Assembly (NCBI GenBank): GCA_963771355.1
Contig: CAVYTA010000004.1
Span: 32,001 to 96,000 of the forward strand
Origin: an uncultured Candidatus Rokubacteria bacterium
Lineage (GTDB): Bacteria; Methylomirabilota; Methylomirabilia; Rokubacteriales; CSP1-6
Direction: 5' to 3'
Length of the DNA stretch: 64,000 nt
This document shows positions 50,551-61,107 of the stretch, one piece after another. The notes beneath the pieces were generated by a model. That model saw only the letters and a program-made list of their open reading frames with translations, ran no database searches and was not told the origin of the DNA. The position numbers were made by a program, and so were the translations under genes. The stretch's first letter is position 1. The number at the start of each line of letters is the position of its first letter.

Positions 50551-51429
50551 ATGACGCCCCACATCACCCCGGTCATGCTGGGCCAGGTGATCGTGTCCGG
50601 TCTCCTCGCCGGTGCTCTCTACGCCATGGTCGCGCTCGGCCTCGGGCTGATCTTCGGGGTCATGCGCGTCCTCAACGTGGCCCATGGGCCGCTCCTCATG
50701 CTCGGGGCCTACATCACGTACTGGCTCTTCAACGCGGTCGGGCTGAACCCGTATCTCTCGCTCCTCGTCTCGATGCCGGTGGTGTTCGTGATCGGCGTCG
50801 CCCTCCAGCACTTTCTCGTGCGGCGGGTGGTGGACGCACCCGAGCTGTCCTCGCTGCTCCTGACCTTCGGGATCTCCATCGCCCTGGTGAACTTCGCCCA
50901 GATCGCCTTCACCTCCGACCTGCGTTCGGTGGAGTTCATCACCGGCTCGTTCCTCATCGGGCCCTTCGCGTTCTCGAAGGCGCGCGTCATCGCGTGCCTG
51001 TTCGCGGCGGCGATCACCGCGCTCGCCTTCCTGTTCCTCCAGAAGACGCGACTGGGCAAGGCCATCCGCGCGGTGTCCCAGAGCCGGGAGGTGGCCCAGG
51101 TCTGCGGCATCAATGTCCACCGCATCCACCTGCTGGCCTTCGGGCTGGCCTCCGCCCTGGCCGCCGCCGGCGGCACCCTGATGACCGTGATGGTGGCGAT
51201 CCAGCCGGAGATGGGAGCCGTCTACACCTTCAAGTCCTTCCTCGTCATCGTGCTGGGCGGGGCCGGGAACTATCCGGGCGCGCTGCTGGGCGGTCTCCTG
51301 CTCGGGCTGGTGGAACAGCTCGCCTCCCTCTTCCTCACCACCCAGGTCAACGAGGCGGTGGCCTACGTGCTGCTGGTGCTCGTCCTTCTGCTCCGGCCCA
51401 CCGGGCTCCTGGGCGGGCGCTCGACGTGA
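50551..51429 (+). CDS. livH: Liv-type ABC permease
   Basis: GLGLIFGVMRVLNVAHG, IVLGG. Confidence 0.9.
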   Translation: MTPHITPVMLGQVIVSGLLAGALYAMVALGLGLIFGVMRVLNVAHGPLLMLGAYITYWLFNAVGLNPYLSLLVSMPVVFVIGVALQHFLVRRVVDAPELSSLLLTFGISIALVNFAQIAFTSDLRSVEFITGSFLIGPFAFSKARVIACLFAAAITALAFLFLQKTRLGKAIRAVSQSREVAQVCGINVHRIHLLAFGLASALAAAGGTLMTVMVAIQPEMGAVYTFKSFLVIVLGGAGNYPGALLGGLLLGLVEQLASLFLTTQVNEAVAYVLLVLVLLLRPTGLLGGRST

Positions 51430-52352
51430 AGCACTGGACCCGCTGGTTCCCTCCCGCGCTCGCGCTCACCCTCCTCGTCCTCTCCGTGTACCCCCTCTGG
51501 GCCACCGGGTACGGGGTGCGGGCGATGCTCCAGCTCTTCATGTGGATCGCGCTGGCCCAGTCCTGGAACCTCATCTCCGGGCTCACCGGCTACGTGTCCT
51601 TCGGGCACGTGGCCTTCTTCGGCATGGGCTCCTACACCACCGCCATTCTCGTGGTGAAGGGCATGGCCTGGCCCCTGGCCGCGGTGGCCGGTGGCGTGAT
51701 GGCGGTGGTGCTGGCCTTCGTGATCGGCTGGCCCTGCCTCCGTCTCAAGGGCCCCTACTTCGCCATCGCCATGCTGGGGCTCAACGAGGTGCTCCGCGTG
51801 ATGGCCTCCTACTTCGAGGGGCTCACCGGGGGCGGGCTCGGGCTGTCCCTGCCCACGCTCGACGCGAGCGTGCGCATCTACTACGCGATGGGGCTGGTCG
51901 CGATGGCGGTCACCGCCCTCACCTACCTCATCGTGACCTCGCGCTTCGGGCTGCGGCTCATGACCATCCGCGAGGACGAGGTGGCGGCCGAGGCCATGGG
52001 CATCAACACCTTCCGGTACAAGATCTACGCCTTTCTTCTCTCCGCCGCCGCGCCCGGTATCGTGGGCGGGCTGGCCGCGCGGGACATGGGCTACATCGAG
52101 CCCATCTCCGTCTTCCCGCTGGTGACCACCATCACCATGATCGTGATGGTGCTCTTCGGCGGGAAGGGGACCATCTGGGGGCCGGTGCTGGGCGCCGTCA
52201 TCCTCTTCACCTTCCAGGAGCTGGTGTGGGCGCATTTCCCCCACGCCCATCAGGTGCTGCTGGGCGCCATCATCGTGACGGTGGTGCTGGTGATGCCGCG
52301 CGGGATCCTGGGGGTGCTCCAGCAGAAATACAATCTGCCCCGGACGGTGTGA
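51426..52352 (+). CDS. livM: Liv-type ABC permease
   Basis: WNLISGLTGYVSFGH, IREDEVAA. Confidence 0.9.
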   Translation: MKHWTRWFPPALALTLLVLSVYPLWATGYGVRAMLQLFMWIALAQSWNLISGLTGYVSFGHVAFFGMGSYTTAILVVKGMAWPLAAVAGGVMAVVLAFVIGWPCLRLKGPYFAIAMLGLNEVLRVMASYFEGLTGGGLGLSLPTLDASVRIYYAMGLVAMAVTALTYLIVTSRFGLRLMTIREDEVAAEAMGINTFRYKIYAFLLSAAAPGIVGGLAARDMGYIEPISVFPLVTTITMIVMVLFGGKGTIWGPVLGAVILFTFQELVWAHFPHAHQVLLGAIIVTVVLVMPRGILGVLQQKYNLPRTV

Positions 52353-52355
52353 GTC

Positions 52356-53060
52356 GTGGCCCCCATCCTGCAGGTCAAGAACCTGGTGAAGCGGTTCGGC
52401 GGCGTCACCGCCGTCAACCGCGTCTCCCTCTCACTGGAGGCGGGCAAGATCTACGGGCTGATCGGGCCCAACGGCTCGGGCAAGACCACGCTCTTCAACT
52501 GCATCACGGGGATCGAGGAGCTCGATTCGGGAGGGGTGGGGTTCAAGGGCCGACGGATCGACGGGCTCAAGCCGCACCAGATCTTCCACCGGGGCATCGG
52601 GCGCACCTTCCAGATCATCCGGGTGTTTCCCGAGCTGACCGCGCTGGAGAACCTCCTCGTCGTGACCACGGGCGATTTCGGGCCGGCGCGCCAGCGGGCC
52701 GAGGAGCTGCTCCGCTTCGTGAAGCTCGAGGGGCTCGCCGACGAGTACGCGGGGAATCTCTCCTACGGCCAGCAGAAGCTGGTGGAGTTCATCCGCGTGC
52801 TCATGACCGATCCGGAGCTGATCCTGCTCGACGAGCCGGCGGCGGGCGTGAACCGGACCCTGCTCAACGAGCTGCTGGAGGCGGTGAAGGCGCTGCGCGA
52901 CCGGGGCAAGACCATCTTCCTCGTGGAGCACGACATGAAGGTGGTGATGGGCCTCTGCGAGACCGTGTTCGTGCTCGACCATGGAGAGAAGCTGGCGGAA
53001 GGGCCGCCCGGCGTGATCCAGGCCGACGAGCGGGTGATTGAAGCCTATTTTGGCCGCTAG
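52356..53060 (+). CDS. livG: Liv-type ABC ATPase
   Basis: GPNGSGKTT, LSYGQQK, LDEPAAG, VEHDM. Confidence 0.92.
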   Translation: MAPILQVKNLVKRFGGVTAVNRVSLSLEAGKIYGLIGPNGSGKTTLFNCITGIEELDSGGVGFKGRRIDGLKPHQIFHRGIGRTFQIIRVFPELTALENLLVVTTGDFGPARQRAEELLRFVKLEGLADEYAGNLSYGQQKLVEFIRVLMTDPELILLDEPAAGVNRTLLNELLEAVKALRDRGKTIFLVEHDMKVVMGLCETVFVLDHGEKLAEGPPGVIQADERVIEAYFGR

Positions 53061-54501
53061 CGCGCTGCTGGCGGGCGCTCTGGCCGCCCGCTCGCTCGGC
53101 TGGCCGCTCATCCACGACGCGCCGCTGTTCCACTACGTGGCGTGGCTGATGGGGCAGGGACTCGTGCCCTATCGGGACATCTTCGACATGAACCTCCCCG
53201 GCGTGTATCTCCTGCACTGGGCGGTCCTGGCGACGGTGGGAGCGGGTGATCTGGCCTGGCGCCTCGTCGACCTCGGCTGGCTCGCCGCCACCGCAGCCCT
53301 GCTCTTCGCCTTCTGCCGGCCGCTGGGGGGCGGCGTGGGCGCCGCCGGCGCGGCGCTGCTCTTCGTCCTGTATCACCTTGCCGGCGGCGCCTGGCATGTC
53401 GGCCAGCGTGACTTCCTCCTGTGCCTCTTCCTCGGCGCCGGCGCGTGCGGGATCGCGCGGGCCTGGGACCGCGGAGGCTCGCGGCTGGCGCTGCTCTGCG
53501 GGGGCGCGGCCCTGGGCGCGGGACTCACGGTCAAGCCCTATGCGGTCGGGCTCTTCTGGCTGGGGAGCGCGGCGGCGGGCGCCGCGGCCGCGCGGCGGGC
53601 CGGCCGCGCGGCCTTGCCGGGCGCGGTCGCCGTCCTCGGCGCCGGGCTCGCCGTGCCGGCCCTGGTATTCGGCTGGCTCGGCGCGCGGGGCGGCCTCGGC
53701 GCCTTCTGGGACACGCTCATGGGCTATGTCATCCCGTTCTATAGCCACCTCGGCCGCGAGCCGATCTGGACCTCGCTGAGCGGGCACGCGTACGGCCGGA
53801 CTCTCCTCGCGCTCCTCGGCGTGCTCGCGCTCTGGGGTCTGCTGGTGCCCGCGGCGCCCTCGTTCGGGATACGGCGGCATCTGGCCGCCCTGGGCGTGGT
53901 AGCAGGGGCCCTGCACTTCATGCTGCAGGGCAAGGGCTGGGAGTATCATCTCTACCCGCTCGCGTTCTTCCTCTGCGCCCTGGCCGCGCCCGCGGGCGAG
54001 GCGCCCGCCGCCGCCATCCCGCGGACGCGCGCGCTCGCCCGCGCTGTCCTTGCCGCCACCGCGCTGGTGCTGGCCGCCAAGGGCGTGGAGGCGATGGACG
54101 CGGGCTGGATCGAGGCCAAGGCCCGGCGCGTGGCCGCCATCACGCGGGACCTCGGGCCCCTGGTTACCGCCGGCGGCACCGCCCAGGTGCTGGACGTGAC
54201 GGAGGGCGGTATCCACGCGCTCCTGCGGCTCGGGCTCCGCCAGCCCACCCGCTTCCTCTACGACTTCCACTTCTTCCACGACGAGACCGCTCCGCGTATC
54301 CAGGCGCTCCGCGCGGAGCTCGTGAGGGGGCTCGAGCGGGGCCGGCCCGCCGCGGTGGTGGTGCTGCGTGATTCGTGGCTGGAGCAGGGCTATGATCGGC
54401 TCGATCGGTTCCCCGAGCTGCGAGACCTTCTTGCGCGCGACTACGTGCTGGCCGTCCAGCGCGACGACTACCGGATCTATGCGAAACGAAGCGGTTCATA
54501 G
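53038..54501 (+). CDS. Polytopic membrane protein, GT-C glycosyltransferase-like
   Basis: HDAPLF..GLVPYRDIFDMNLPG, many TMs, KP, YHLYP, soluble C-terminus. Confidence 0.7.
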   Translation: MKPILAASALLAGALAARSLGWPLIHDAPLFHYVAWLMGQGLVPYRDIFDMNLPGVYLLHWAVLATVGAGDLAWRLVDLGWLAATAALLFAFCRPLGGGVGAAGAALLFVLYHLAGGAWHVGQRDFLLCLFLGAGACGIARAWDRGGSRLALLCGGAALGAGLTVKPYAVGLFWLGSAAAGAAAARRAGRAALPGAVAVLGAGLAVPALVFGWLGARGGLGAFWDTLMGYVIPFYSHLGREPIWTSLSGHAYGRTLLALLGVLALWGLLVPAAPSFGIRRHLAALGVVAGALHFMLQGKGWEYHLYPLAFFLCALAAPAGEAPAAAIPRTRALARAVLAATALVLAAKGVEAMDAGWIEAKARRVAAITRDLGPLVTAGGTAQVLDVTEGGIHALLRLGLRQPTRFLYDFHFFHDETAPRIQALRAELVRGLERGRPAAVVVLRDSWLEQGYDRLDRFPELRDLLARDYVLAVQRDDYRIYAKRSGS

Positions 54502-55126
54502 TGTCATCCGCGCCTACGACGACTGGATCGTCCGGGCGTACTGCTGGGGACGCTTCGGCATCCTGCGCCAGCGCTTCCTGGACGAGATCGGCCAGTATCT
54601 GCCCGCGCGGGGCCGGGTGCTCGACGTGGGCTGCGGCTTCGGGCTCTTCTCGCTCTACTACGCCACCACGCGGCCGGGCCTCACCCTCGAGGGGCTGGAC
54701 CGCAATGCGCGCCGCATCGAGATGGCGCGGGCGGCGGCGGCGCGCCTCGGTCTCGCCAACGTTCGCTACGAAGTGGACGACGCCCGGCAATTCCGGGCCG
54801 GCGGCATCTATGACGCCGCGTACATGCTCGACATCGTCCACCACATCCCGCCCGAGACGGTGAAGCCGCTGCTCGAGCAGCTCGCCAAGGCGCTGCCCGC
54901 GGGCGCCCCGCTCCTCGTCAAGGACGTGGACAGCCGCCCCGCGTGGAAACGCTGGTTCACCCATGCGCTCGACCTGGCCATGGACCCGCGCACGCCGGTG
55001 CACTACTGGCCTGCGGAGGAGCTCAACGGCCTGTTGGAGGACGTGGGCTTCCGCGTCCGCCGCCACCTCATGGTGGACTTCCTCCCGTACCCGCACATCC
55101 TCTACATCGCCGAGCGCCGGCCGTGA
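54479..55126 (+). CDS. Class I SAM-dependent methyltransferase
   Basis: VLDVGCGFG, DIVHH. Confidence 0.88.
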   Translation: MRNEAVHSVIRAYDDWIVRAYCWGRFGILRQRFLDEIGQYLPARGRVLDVGCGFGLFSLYYATTRPGLTLEGLDRNARRIEMARAAAARLGLANVRYEVDDARQFRAGGIYDAAYMLDIVHHIPPETVKPLLEQLAKALPAGAPLLVKDVDSRPAWKRWFTHALDLAMDPRTPVHYWPAEELNGLLEDVGFRVRRHLMVDFLPYPHILYIAERRP

Positions 55127-55839
55127 TCTCGACCCTGCTTCGCGCCGAGGCGCTGACCGCCGGCTACGGCAAGATGCCCATTCTCCACGAGGTGAGCCTC
55201 ATCATCGCGCCGGGCGAGCTGGTGGCGGTGATCGGGCCCAATGGCGCCGGCAAGTCCACCGCCTTCAAGGTGATCGTGGGCTTCCTCAAGCCGACCCAAG
55301 GCCGGGTGCTCTTCGACGGCGACGACATCACCGGCCGCCGGCCCGATCAGGTGCTCCGCCGCGGCCTGGCCTATGTCCCCCAGGGCCGGATCGTGTTTCC
55401 GCAGATGACGGTCCTCGAGAACCTCGAAATGGGGGGCTATATCGAGCGCAATCCGGCTCGGATCCGGGAGGCGCTGGAGCGCGTCTACGCGCTCTTCCCC
55501 ATCCTGGCCGAGCGGCGGCGTCAGAAGGCCGGCACCATGTCGGGGGGCGAGCAGCAGATGGTGGCGATCGGCCGGGCGCTCATGACCACGCCCAAGCTGG
55601 TGCTCCTGGACGAGCCGTCGCTGGGGCTGTCACCCAAGTACGTGTCGCTCATCTTCGAGAAGCTCGTGGAGATGAAGCGGGCCGGCTATACCCTCATGCT
55701 CGTGGAGCAGAATGCCGCCAAGGCCCTGTCCGTGGCCGACCGCGCCTATGTCCTCGAGCTGGGCCGGAACCGCTTCGAAGGATCCGGCCGATCCCTGCTG
55801 GCCGACCCCGAGGTCAAGCGCCTTTACCTCGGCGGGTGA
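55123..55839 (+). CDS. livF: Liv-type ABC ATPase
   Basis: GPNGAGKST, VPQGR, MSGGEQQM, LDEPSLGL. Confidence 0.92.
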   Translation: MISTLLRAEALTAGYGKMPILHEVSLIIAPGELVAVIGPNGAGKSTAFKVIVGFLKPTQGRVLFDGDDITGRRPDQVLRRGLAYVPQGRIVFPQMTVLENLEMGGYIERNPARIREALERVYALFPILAERRRQKAGTMSGGEQQMVAIGRALMTTPKLVLLDEPSLGLSPKYVSLIFEKLVEMKRAGYTLMLVEQNAAKALSVADRAYVLELGRNRFEGSGRSLLADPEVKRLYLGG

Positions 55840-55859
55840 ATTAAAGTACAATCCGCGCC

Positions 55860-56871
55860 ATGCGCCTGGCCCGCCCCGCCCTCGCCGCCGCCGTCGTCGC
55901 CGCCGGAATCGCGCTGGGATTCCTCGGCTGGTCCCAGAATTCGACGGCCAAGAGCGCGGCCGAGCCCGCGAAGGAGCGGCCACGCGAAAGCCAATGTCCA
56001 CGTCGCGTCCGGTCAGAAGGTGTACGCGCAGTACTGCGCCACCTGCCACGGCGACAAGGGCCTGGGCGATGGCCCCGGCGGCGAGAACCTGGCCATCAAG
56101 CCGCAGAACCTCGCCGACGGGCGGATCCTCAACGCGCTGCCCGACCACATGCTGATCCGCGCCGTCGCGGAGGGGCCGCAATCCATCGGCCTCTCCAACC
56201 TGATGCCGCCCTTCAAGCCGACCTTGTCCGATGCCCAGATCTCGGACGTGGTGGCCTATATCCGCACCTTCGCCGAGCCCGCCTACGATCCCACGCAGGT
56301 CCTGCCGGTGCCGGTCAAGCGTGAGGGGCCGGTGCAGCCCATCTTCTTCAGCCACGTCATCCACGCGGGCGCGTTCAAGATCGACTGCCAGTACTGCCAC
56401 ACCGGCGCGCGGCGCTCGAGCGCGGCGGGGCTGCCCTCGGTGGAGCGCTGCATGGGCTGTCACAAGATCGTGGCCGCCCAGGGCAATCCCGAAGTCCAGA
56501 AGCTGCACGGCTACTGGGAGCGCAAGGAGCCCATCCCCTGGGTCCGGGTGTTCAAGGTGCCCGAGCACGCCCGGTTCGTGCACAAGAATCACATCCAGGC
56601 GGGCCTGCCCTGCCAGACGTGCCACGGCCGCATCGAGGCGATGGAGCAAGTGGCGGCGCCGGTGACGGGGCAGAGCACCATCAACGATCTGATGAACCTC
56701 GCGCTGGTGCCGACCGCGCCCAACCCCCTGTCCATGGGCTGGTGCGTGGAGTGCCATCGCGCCGCCAACGGCGGTCAGCTTGCCAGCCTCACCTGGCTGC
56801 CCAAGCCCCTGCCGAAGCTCTCCAAGGAAAAGTTCGCCGCGCCGCTCGAGTGCGTGACCTGCCATCACTGA
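55860..56871 (+). CDS. Hexaheme cytochrome c (monoheme + ActA/QrcA-like pentaheme; frameshift near 55990)
   Basis: Signal peptide; CATCH, CQYCH, CMGCH, CQTCH, CVECH, CVTCH; PVQPIFFSH, IPWVRV, LSMGWC. Confidence 0.88.
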
Positions 56872-56872
56872 A

Positions 56873-56895
56873 TCAACATGCTTTTCGCATGTTGA
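56873..56895. terminator. Hairpin after the cytochrome gene (terminator or operator)
   Basis: TCAACATGC-TTTTC-GCATGTTGA perfect 9-bp stem. Confidence 0.5.
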
Positions 56896-57000
56896 CCGTG
56901 GTCTAACCTTATCGCGTCAACCCGCGTATAGCCGCCAACCTGGCTGTCACGAGCACGTTTGTGTCGTTGAGCCCGCCGCCGTCCCCCTCATCTGATTTCT

Positions 57001-58291
57001 TCTTCCCCGGTTGCTTCCACTCCGCCTGAGCGCGCGCGAGCGGTCTTTCCTGCTGGATCGCTGGGTGAGTACAACCTTCCTCCGGATCTCTCCGTCGTTC
57101 TTACTCGGGGTGAAGGTGTCACGGTGTGGGACACCGGGGGACGCGCGTTCACCGATTTCACCATGGGGTGGGGGTCGGTGCTCCTTGGCCATGCGCATCC
57201 GGCGGTGACGGCGGCGGCGGTGGCGCAGGCGGGGCGCGGGTCGAACTTCGCCTATGTGAGCGAGCCGGCGCTGATGCTGGCGGAGGAGATTGTGCGGGCG
57301 GTCGGCTGCGCGGAGCGCGTGCGCTTCTGCGCGTCCGGGTACCGAGGCCACCGCGTATGCGGTGCGGCTGGCGCGGGCCTTCACGGGGCGGCCGCGGGTG
57401 CTCAAGTTCGAGGGGGCGTATCACGGGGCCAACGAGGTGGGCACGGTGAGCCTCTTCCCGTCGCGGCTGCTGGACTTTCCCGCCGGCGAGCCGACCTCGG
57501 CCGGGGTGACGCCGGGCGCGGTGGCGGACGTCCTGGTGGCGCCGTACAACGATCTCGCCGCGACGATCCGGATCGTGGAGGCTCATCGTGACGAGCTCGC
57601 CGGCATCATCGTGGAGCCCCTGCATCGCTGCACGCCACCCCGCCCGGGATTTCTCCAGGGGCTGCGCGAGCTGACGGCGGAGGGGGGTCATCTCCTGATC
57701 TTCGACGAGACCGTCACCGGCTTCCGTCTCGCCTACGGCGGCGCGGAAGAGTACTACGGCGTGCGGCCCGACCTCGCCTGCCTGGGCAAGGCCCTCGGCG
57801 GCGGCTATCCCATCGGCGCGGTGGCGGGCCGGAGCGAGGTGATGGATCTGGTCCGCGAGGATCGCCTGGGCGACGGGCGCTATGTCTGGTGGGCGTCGAG
57901 CCTCGGCGGTAATCCGGTGTCCAGCGCAGCGGGGGCGGCCACGCTGGGCGAGCTGCGGAAGTCGGGCGTGTATCCCCGCCTCTTCGCGCTCGGCGAGACG
58001 CTCCGGAGCGGGCTCCGCCGGGTGCTCGCGGCCGCGGGCGTGGTGGGCCACGTCCAGGGCGACGGCCCGCTCGCCGCGGTGGTGTTTACGGACCGCGAGG
58101 TGGTGGACTACCGCAGCGCGTTCGCGTCGGACCGGCAGCGGGCCCGCGCCTTCCTGCTCGGGCTCTTCCGGCGGGGGATCTTTCTCAACCCGATGTCCAC
58201 CAAGTTCTATCTCTCGCTCGCCCACGACGAGAGCCACATCGCGCGCTTCCTGGAGGCGGCCGGCGCCGCCCTCCGCGATCCCGTGAGCTAG
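57001..58291 (+). CDS. Class III aminotransferase (GSA-aminomutase-like); start unclear, frameshift near 57337
   Basis: RGEGVTVWD, LLGHAHP, SG/TEA, FEGAYHG, IFDETVTGFR, GKALGGGYP. Confidence 0.82.
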
Positions 58292-58295
58292 CGGC

Positions 58296-59672
58296 TCAGA
58301 GAATCGCGGTGAAGCTGCGCAGATCGGGGCAACCGTCCAGCCCCTCGACCATCTCGCGCACCATCGAGACGCGCTCGGGCGGCAGCGCGATGGCCCCGCA
58401 CTCCTCGAACTTCTCGCGCAGCGCGGTCGCGCTCAGCGGATTGGCGGGATGTCCGGGCACCTGGCGCGGCCCGATCTCGAGCGTGCGTCCGTCGGTGAGG
58501 TGCACCCGCACGCGCGTCCACATGTGGCGCTCGTGGTCGCCGTCGATCGACGGGTCCACCACCATCTTCACCCGCGACATGAGCCCGCGGATGGCCGGAT
58601 CCTGCACCTTGGCGTCGGTGAACGTCTGGAGGCCCAGGTGCTCCTCCACCAGCGCGGCCGCCGCCGCGAACACGCCCGAGAACTTGCCCTCGAGCCCGGT
58701 GCGCGGCCGGTCGTGGATGAGGATGTTCGGCACCGAGGCATGCACGCCCACCGTGACCTCGCGGATGTCGTCGGGGCGCAGCCGGTGGCGCTCGCGCAGC
58801 TCACGCGCGCCGTCGATGATGGAGTGGGTGCACGCGCACGAGGGATAGGGCTTCACCGCCACGCCGGTGGTGAGGATCTTCCAGGGTCGGCCCAGGGTGG
58901 CGAGGTGCTCGAGACGCAGGTCGCCCGCGCCCAGCACCGCGAAGAAACCCTGCGGTCCCTCGATCGCCTGCTCGGACGCCGTCCAGCCCTCGCGCGCCAT
59001 GAGGGCGGCGAGCACGCCGCTGCGCGCGGCATGGCCGGCGTGGAACGGCTTGGTCATGGTGCCGAAGTTTTCCTTGAGCCCGGAGGCCTGCGAGGCGGCG
59101 ACGGCGAGGGCGACCCGCGTCTGCGCCGCGTCCAGCCCGAGGAGGTGCGCCGCCGCCGCGGCCGCACCGAGCGTGCCGAGCGTACAGGTGGCGTGCCAGC
59201 CCCGGTAGTAATGCGGGGGATTCACCACCTCGGCCAGCGTCGTTTCCACCTCGAAGCCGAGGAGGAAGGCGTGGACGAGGCTGCGCCCGTCGGCCAGGGC
59301 CAGCTCGCCGGCGGCGAGCGCGGCGGACAGGACGGGTGCCGACGGATGCCCCATCATGGCAAAGTTGGTGTCGTCGTAGTCGAGCGCGTGGGCGGCGGTG
59401 CCGTTGGCGAGCGCGGCCCACGTAGCACCGGTGCGTCGGCCGGTGCCGACCACGGTGGCCAGCGGCGTGCCGCCTTCCATCTCCGCGATCCGCTGGATGA
59501 TGCGGGCAGGGGGCTCCACGGAGCCGGCCAGCATGACGCCGAGGCAGTCGAGGATGGCGCGCCGGGCCGCCTCCACCGCTTCCGGGGGGCAGTCCTCCCA
59601 CCGGCTCTTGACGAGGAACTCGGCGACGCCGGCGGTGGCGCGGGACCCGACGAGGGCGGCGGTGTCGGTCAT
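58296..59672 (-). CDS. MmgE/PrpD family protein
   Basis: ANGTAAHALDYDD, HPS, GWH, KPFHAG, KPYPSC; alternative start at 59711. Confidence 0.92.
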   Translation of the reverse strand: MTDTAALVGSRATAGVAEFLVKSRWEDCPPEAVEAARRAILDCLGVMLAGSVEPPARIIQRIAEMEGGTPLATVVGTGRRTGATWAALANGTAAHALDYDDTNFAMMGHPSAPVLSAALAAGELALADGRSLVHAFLLGFEVETTLAEVVNPPHYYRGWHATCTLGTLGAAAAAAHLLGLDAAQTRVALAVAASQASGLKENFGTMTKPFHAGHAARSGVLAALMAREGWTASEQAIEGPQGFFAVLGAGDLRLEHLATLGRPWKILTTGVAVKPYPSCACTHSIIDGARELRERHRLRPDDIREVTVGVHASVPNILIHDRPRTGLEGKFSGVFAAAAALVEEHLGLQTFTDAKVQDPAIRGLMSRVKMVVDPSIDGDHERHMWTRVRVHLTDGRTLEIGPRQVPGHPANPLSATALREKFEECGAIALPPERVSMVREMVEGLDGCPDLRSFTAIL

Positions 59673-59742
59673 GGTGCGTACGAGGGTAGCCTCCGGGGGC
59701 GCCGTGGTCAATGACGGGTCCGCGGGGTATCATCGGCCTTCC

Positions 59743-61101
59743 ATGGTGCTCTCGCTGCCACGGCTTCTCGCGATCGGCGCCACCGTCCTCGTCCTCCTCC
59801 TCGCCGCGGCGCCGGCGTCTGCCCAGCTCTTCTTCTCCACCCAGCCCAATACGGGCTTCCACGTCGGCCCGCTCATCGTGCGCGCCAACGTCAACCCGGG
59901 CGATCCGGTGGCGCACGTCAACGTGCTCTGGAGCATGGTGCCCCCGCCCACGCGAACGGCCGGGGCGGCGCCTCAGGATTTCTATCTGCTCTGGCCGGGC
60001 GAGGTGACCAGCGAGGCCGCGCCGGGCCGGTCGGATCCGGAGATGGCGCGGATGGTGACCGGGCTGGGCTTCGAGGTGATCGCGGAAGGACGGCTCCCAC
60101 TCTACGCGCAGAGACTGGCCGATCCCGAGGGGGCGACCAAGGCGGAACCGGTGCCCGGCGGAGTCCCCTTCGTCACCTTCGTGCAGTACGGCGGGGCGCT
60201 GGGGCTCTCCCCGCCCGCCACCTGGATCCGCATTCCCTGGTCGTCGCGCCTGCCGGACCCGCGCTGGCTCATGGATCTGCGCTTCCGCAGCCCCTCGCTG
60301 GTCAAGCCCAAGAAGGCCTCCTGGGTGGAGGCGCTGGTGCTCGGCGAGAAGTACCTCATCTCGATCAGCTTCAACGAGGTGCGCGACCGCCCGATGTTCC
60401 AGATGTACTTCGCCAACCGCGACCGCGCGGTGCGGCTGGCCGATGCCCCCGCCGAGCTCGCGGTGAACTTTTCCCACTCGGACGAGCTGAAGATCGACGA
60501 GGTATTCCCGCGCAATACCATCCGCCGGATCTCCGAGACGCTCGAGAGCACCGAGGTGGTGTCGCTCTTTCTCGACACCACGGAAGGCATCTCGCCGCAG
60601 CAGGTGACGGTGCAGTACGGCTATTTCTCGCGGCTGCAGGCGGCGGCGCTGGTGGCACTGCCTGCCATATTCCTCGCCCTTGGTTACGCGGTCGGCCCCG
60701 CGCTGGCCCGCGTGGCCGCCTTCGTGGGCGGCCGGATGGTGGCCAATGTGCGGCTGGGGGGCTGGAACCGTGTCCCCAGCGGCCGCGAGACCGGCACCAT
60801 CGTCCCCCCGGAGGTGGTGAGCCAGATCATCCCCGGCAAGACCACGCGGGCCGAAGTGCTCGCGCTCTGCGGGCCCGATCCGGAGCAGTACGACCGCTTC
60901 GCGCCGGAGCGGCGCCGGACCCTGATCTATCGCGGCAAGCGGACGCGGCCCAGCGCGGGGCGCGTATTCGGGTGGTTCTTCACGGTCCGGCACGTCGAGG
61001 TGGAGGAGCACGTGGTCACCATCGAGCTGGACGGTGACCAGGTCCGCGACGTGCAGGCCGACGTGCGCCGTTCCCGGCTGCACGTCGGCGAGCCCGCCTG
61101 A
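59743..61101 (+). CDS. Hypothetical exported protein with TM segment and C-terminal SmpA/BamE-like motif
   Basis: Signal peptide, internal TM, IIPGKTTRAEVLALCGPDP. Confidence 0.65.
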   Translation: MVLSLPRLLAIGATVLVLLLAAAPASAQLFFSTQPNTGFHVGPLIVRANVNPGDPVAHVNVLWSMVPPPTRTAGAAPQDFYLLWPGEVTSEAAPGRSDPEMARMVTGLGFEVIAEGRLPLYAQRLADPEGATKAEPVPGGVPFVTFVQYGGALGLSPPATWIRIPWSSRLPDPRWLMDLRFRSPSLVKPKKASWVEALVLGEKYLISISFNEVRDRPMFQMYFANRDRAVRLADAPAELAVNFSHSDELKIDEVFPRNTIRRISETLESTEVVSLFLDTTEGISPQQVTVQYGYFSRLQAAALVALPAIFLALGYAVGPALARVAAFVGGRMVANVRLGGWNRVPSGRETGTIVPPEVVSQIIPGKTTRAEVLALCGPDPEQYDRFAPERRRTLIYRGKRTRPSAGRVFGWFFTVRHVEVEEHVVTIELDGDQVRDVQADVRRSRLHVGEPA

Positions 61102-61107
61102 GGGTTT

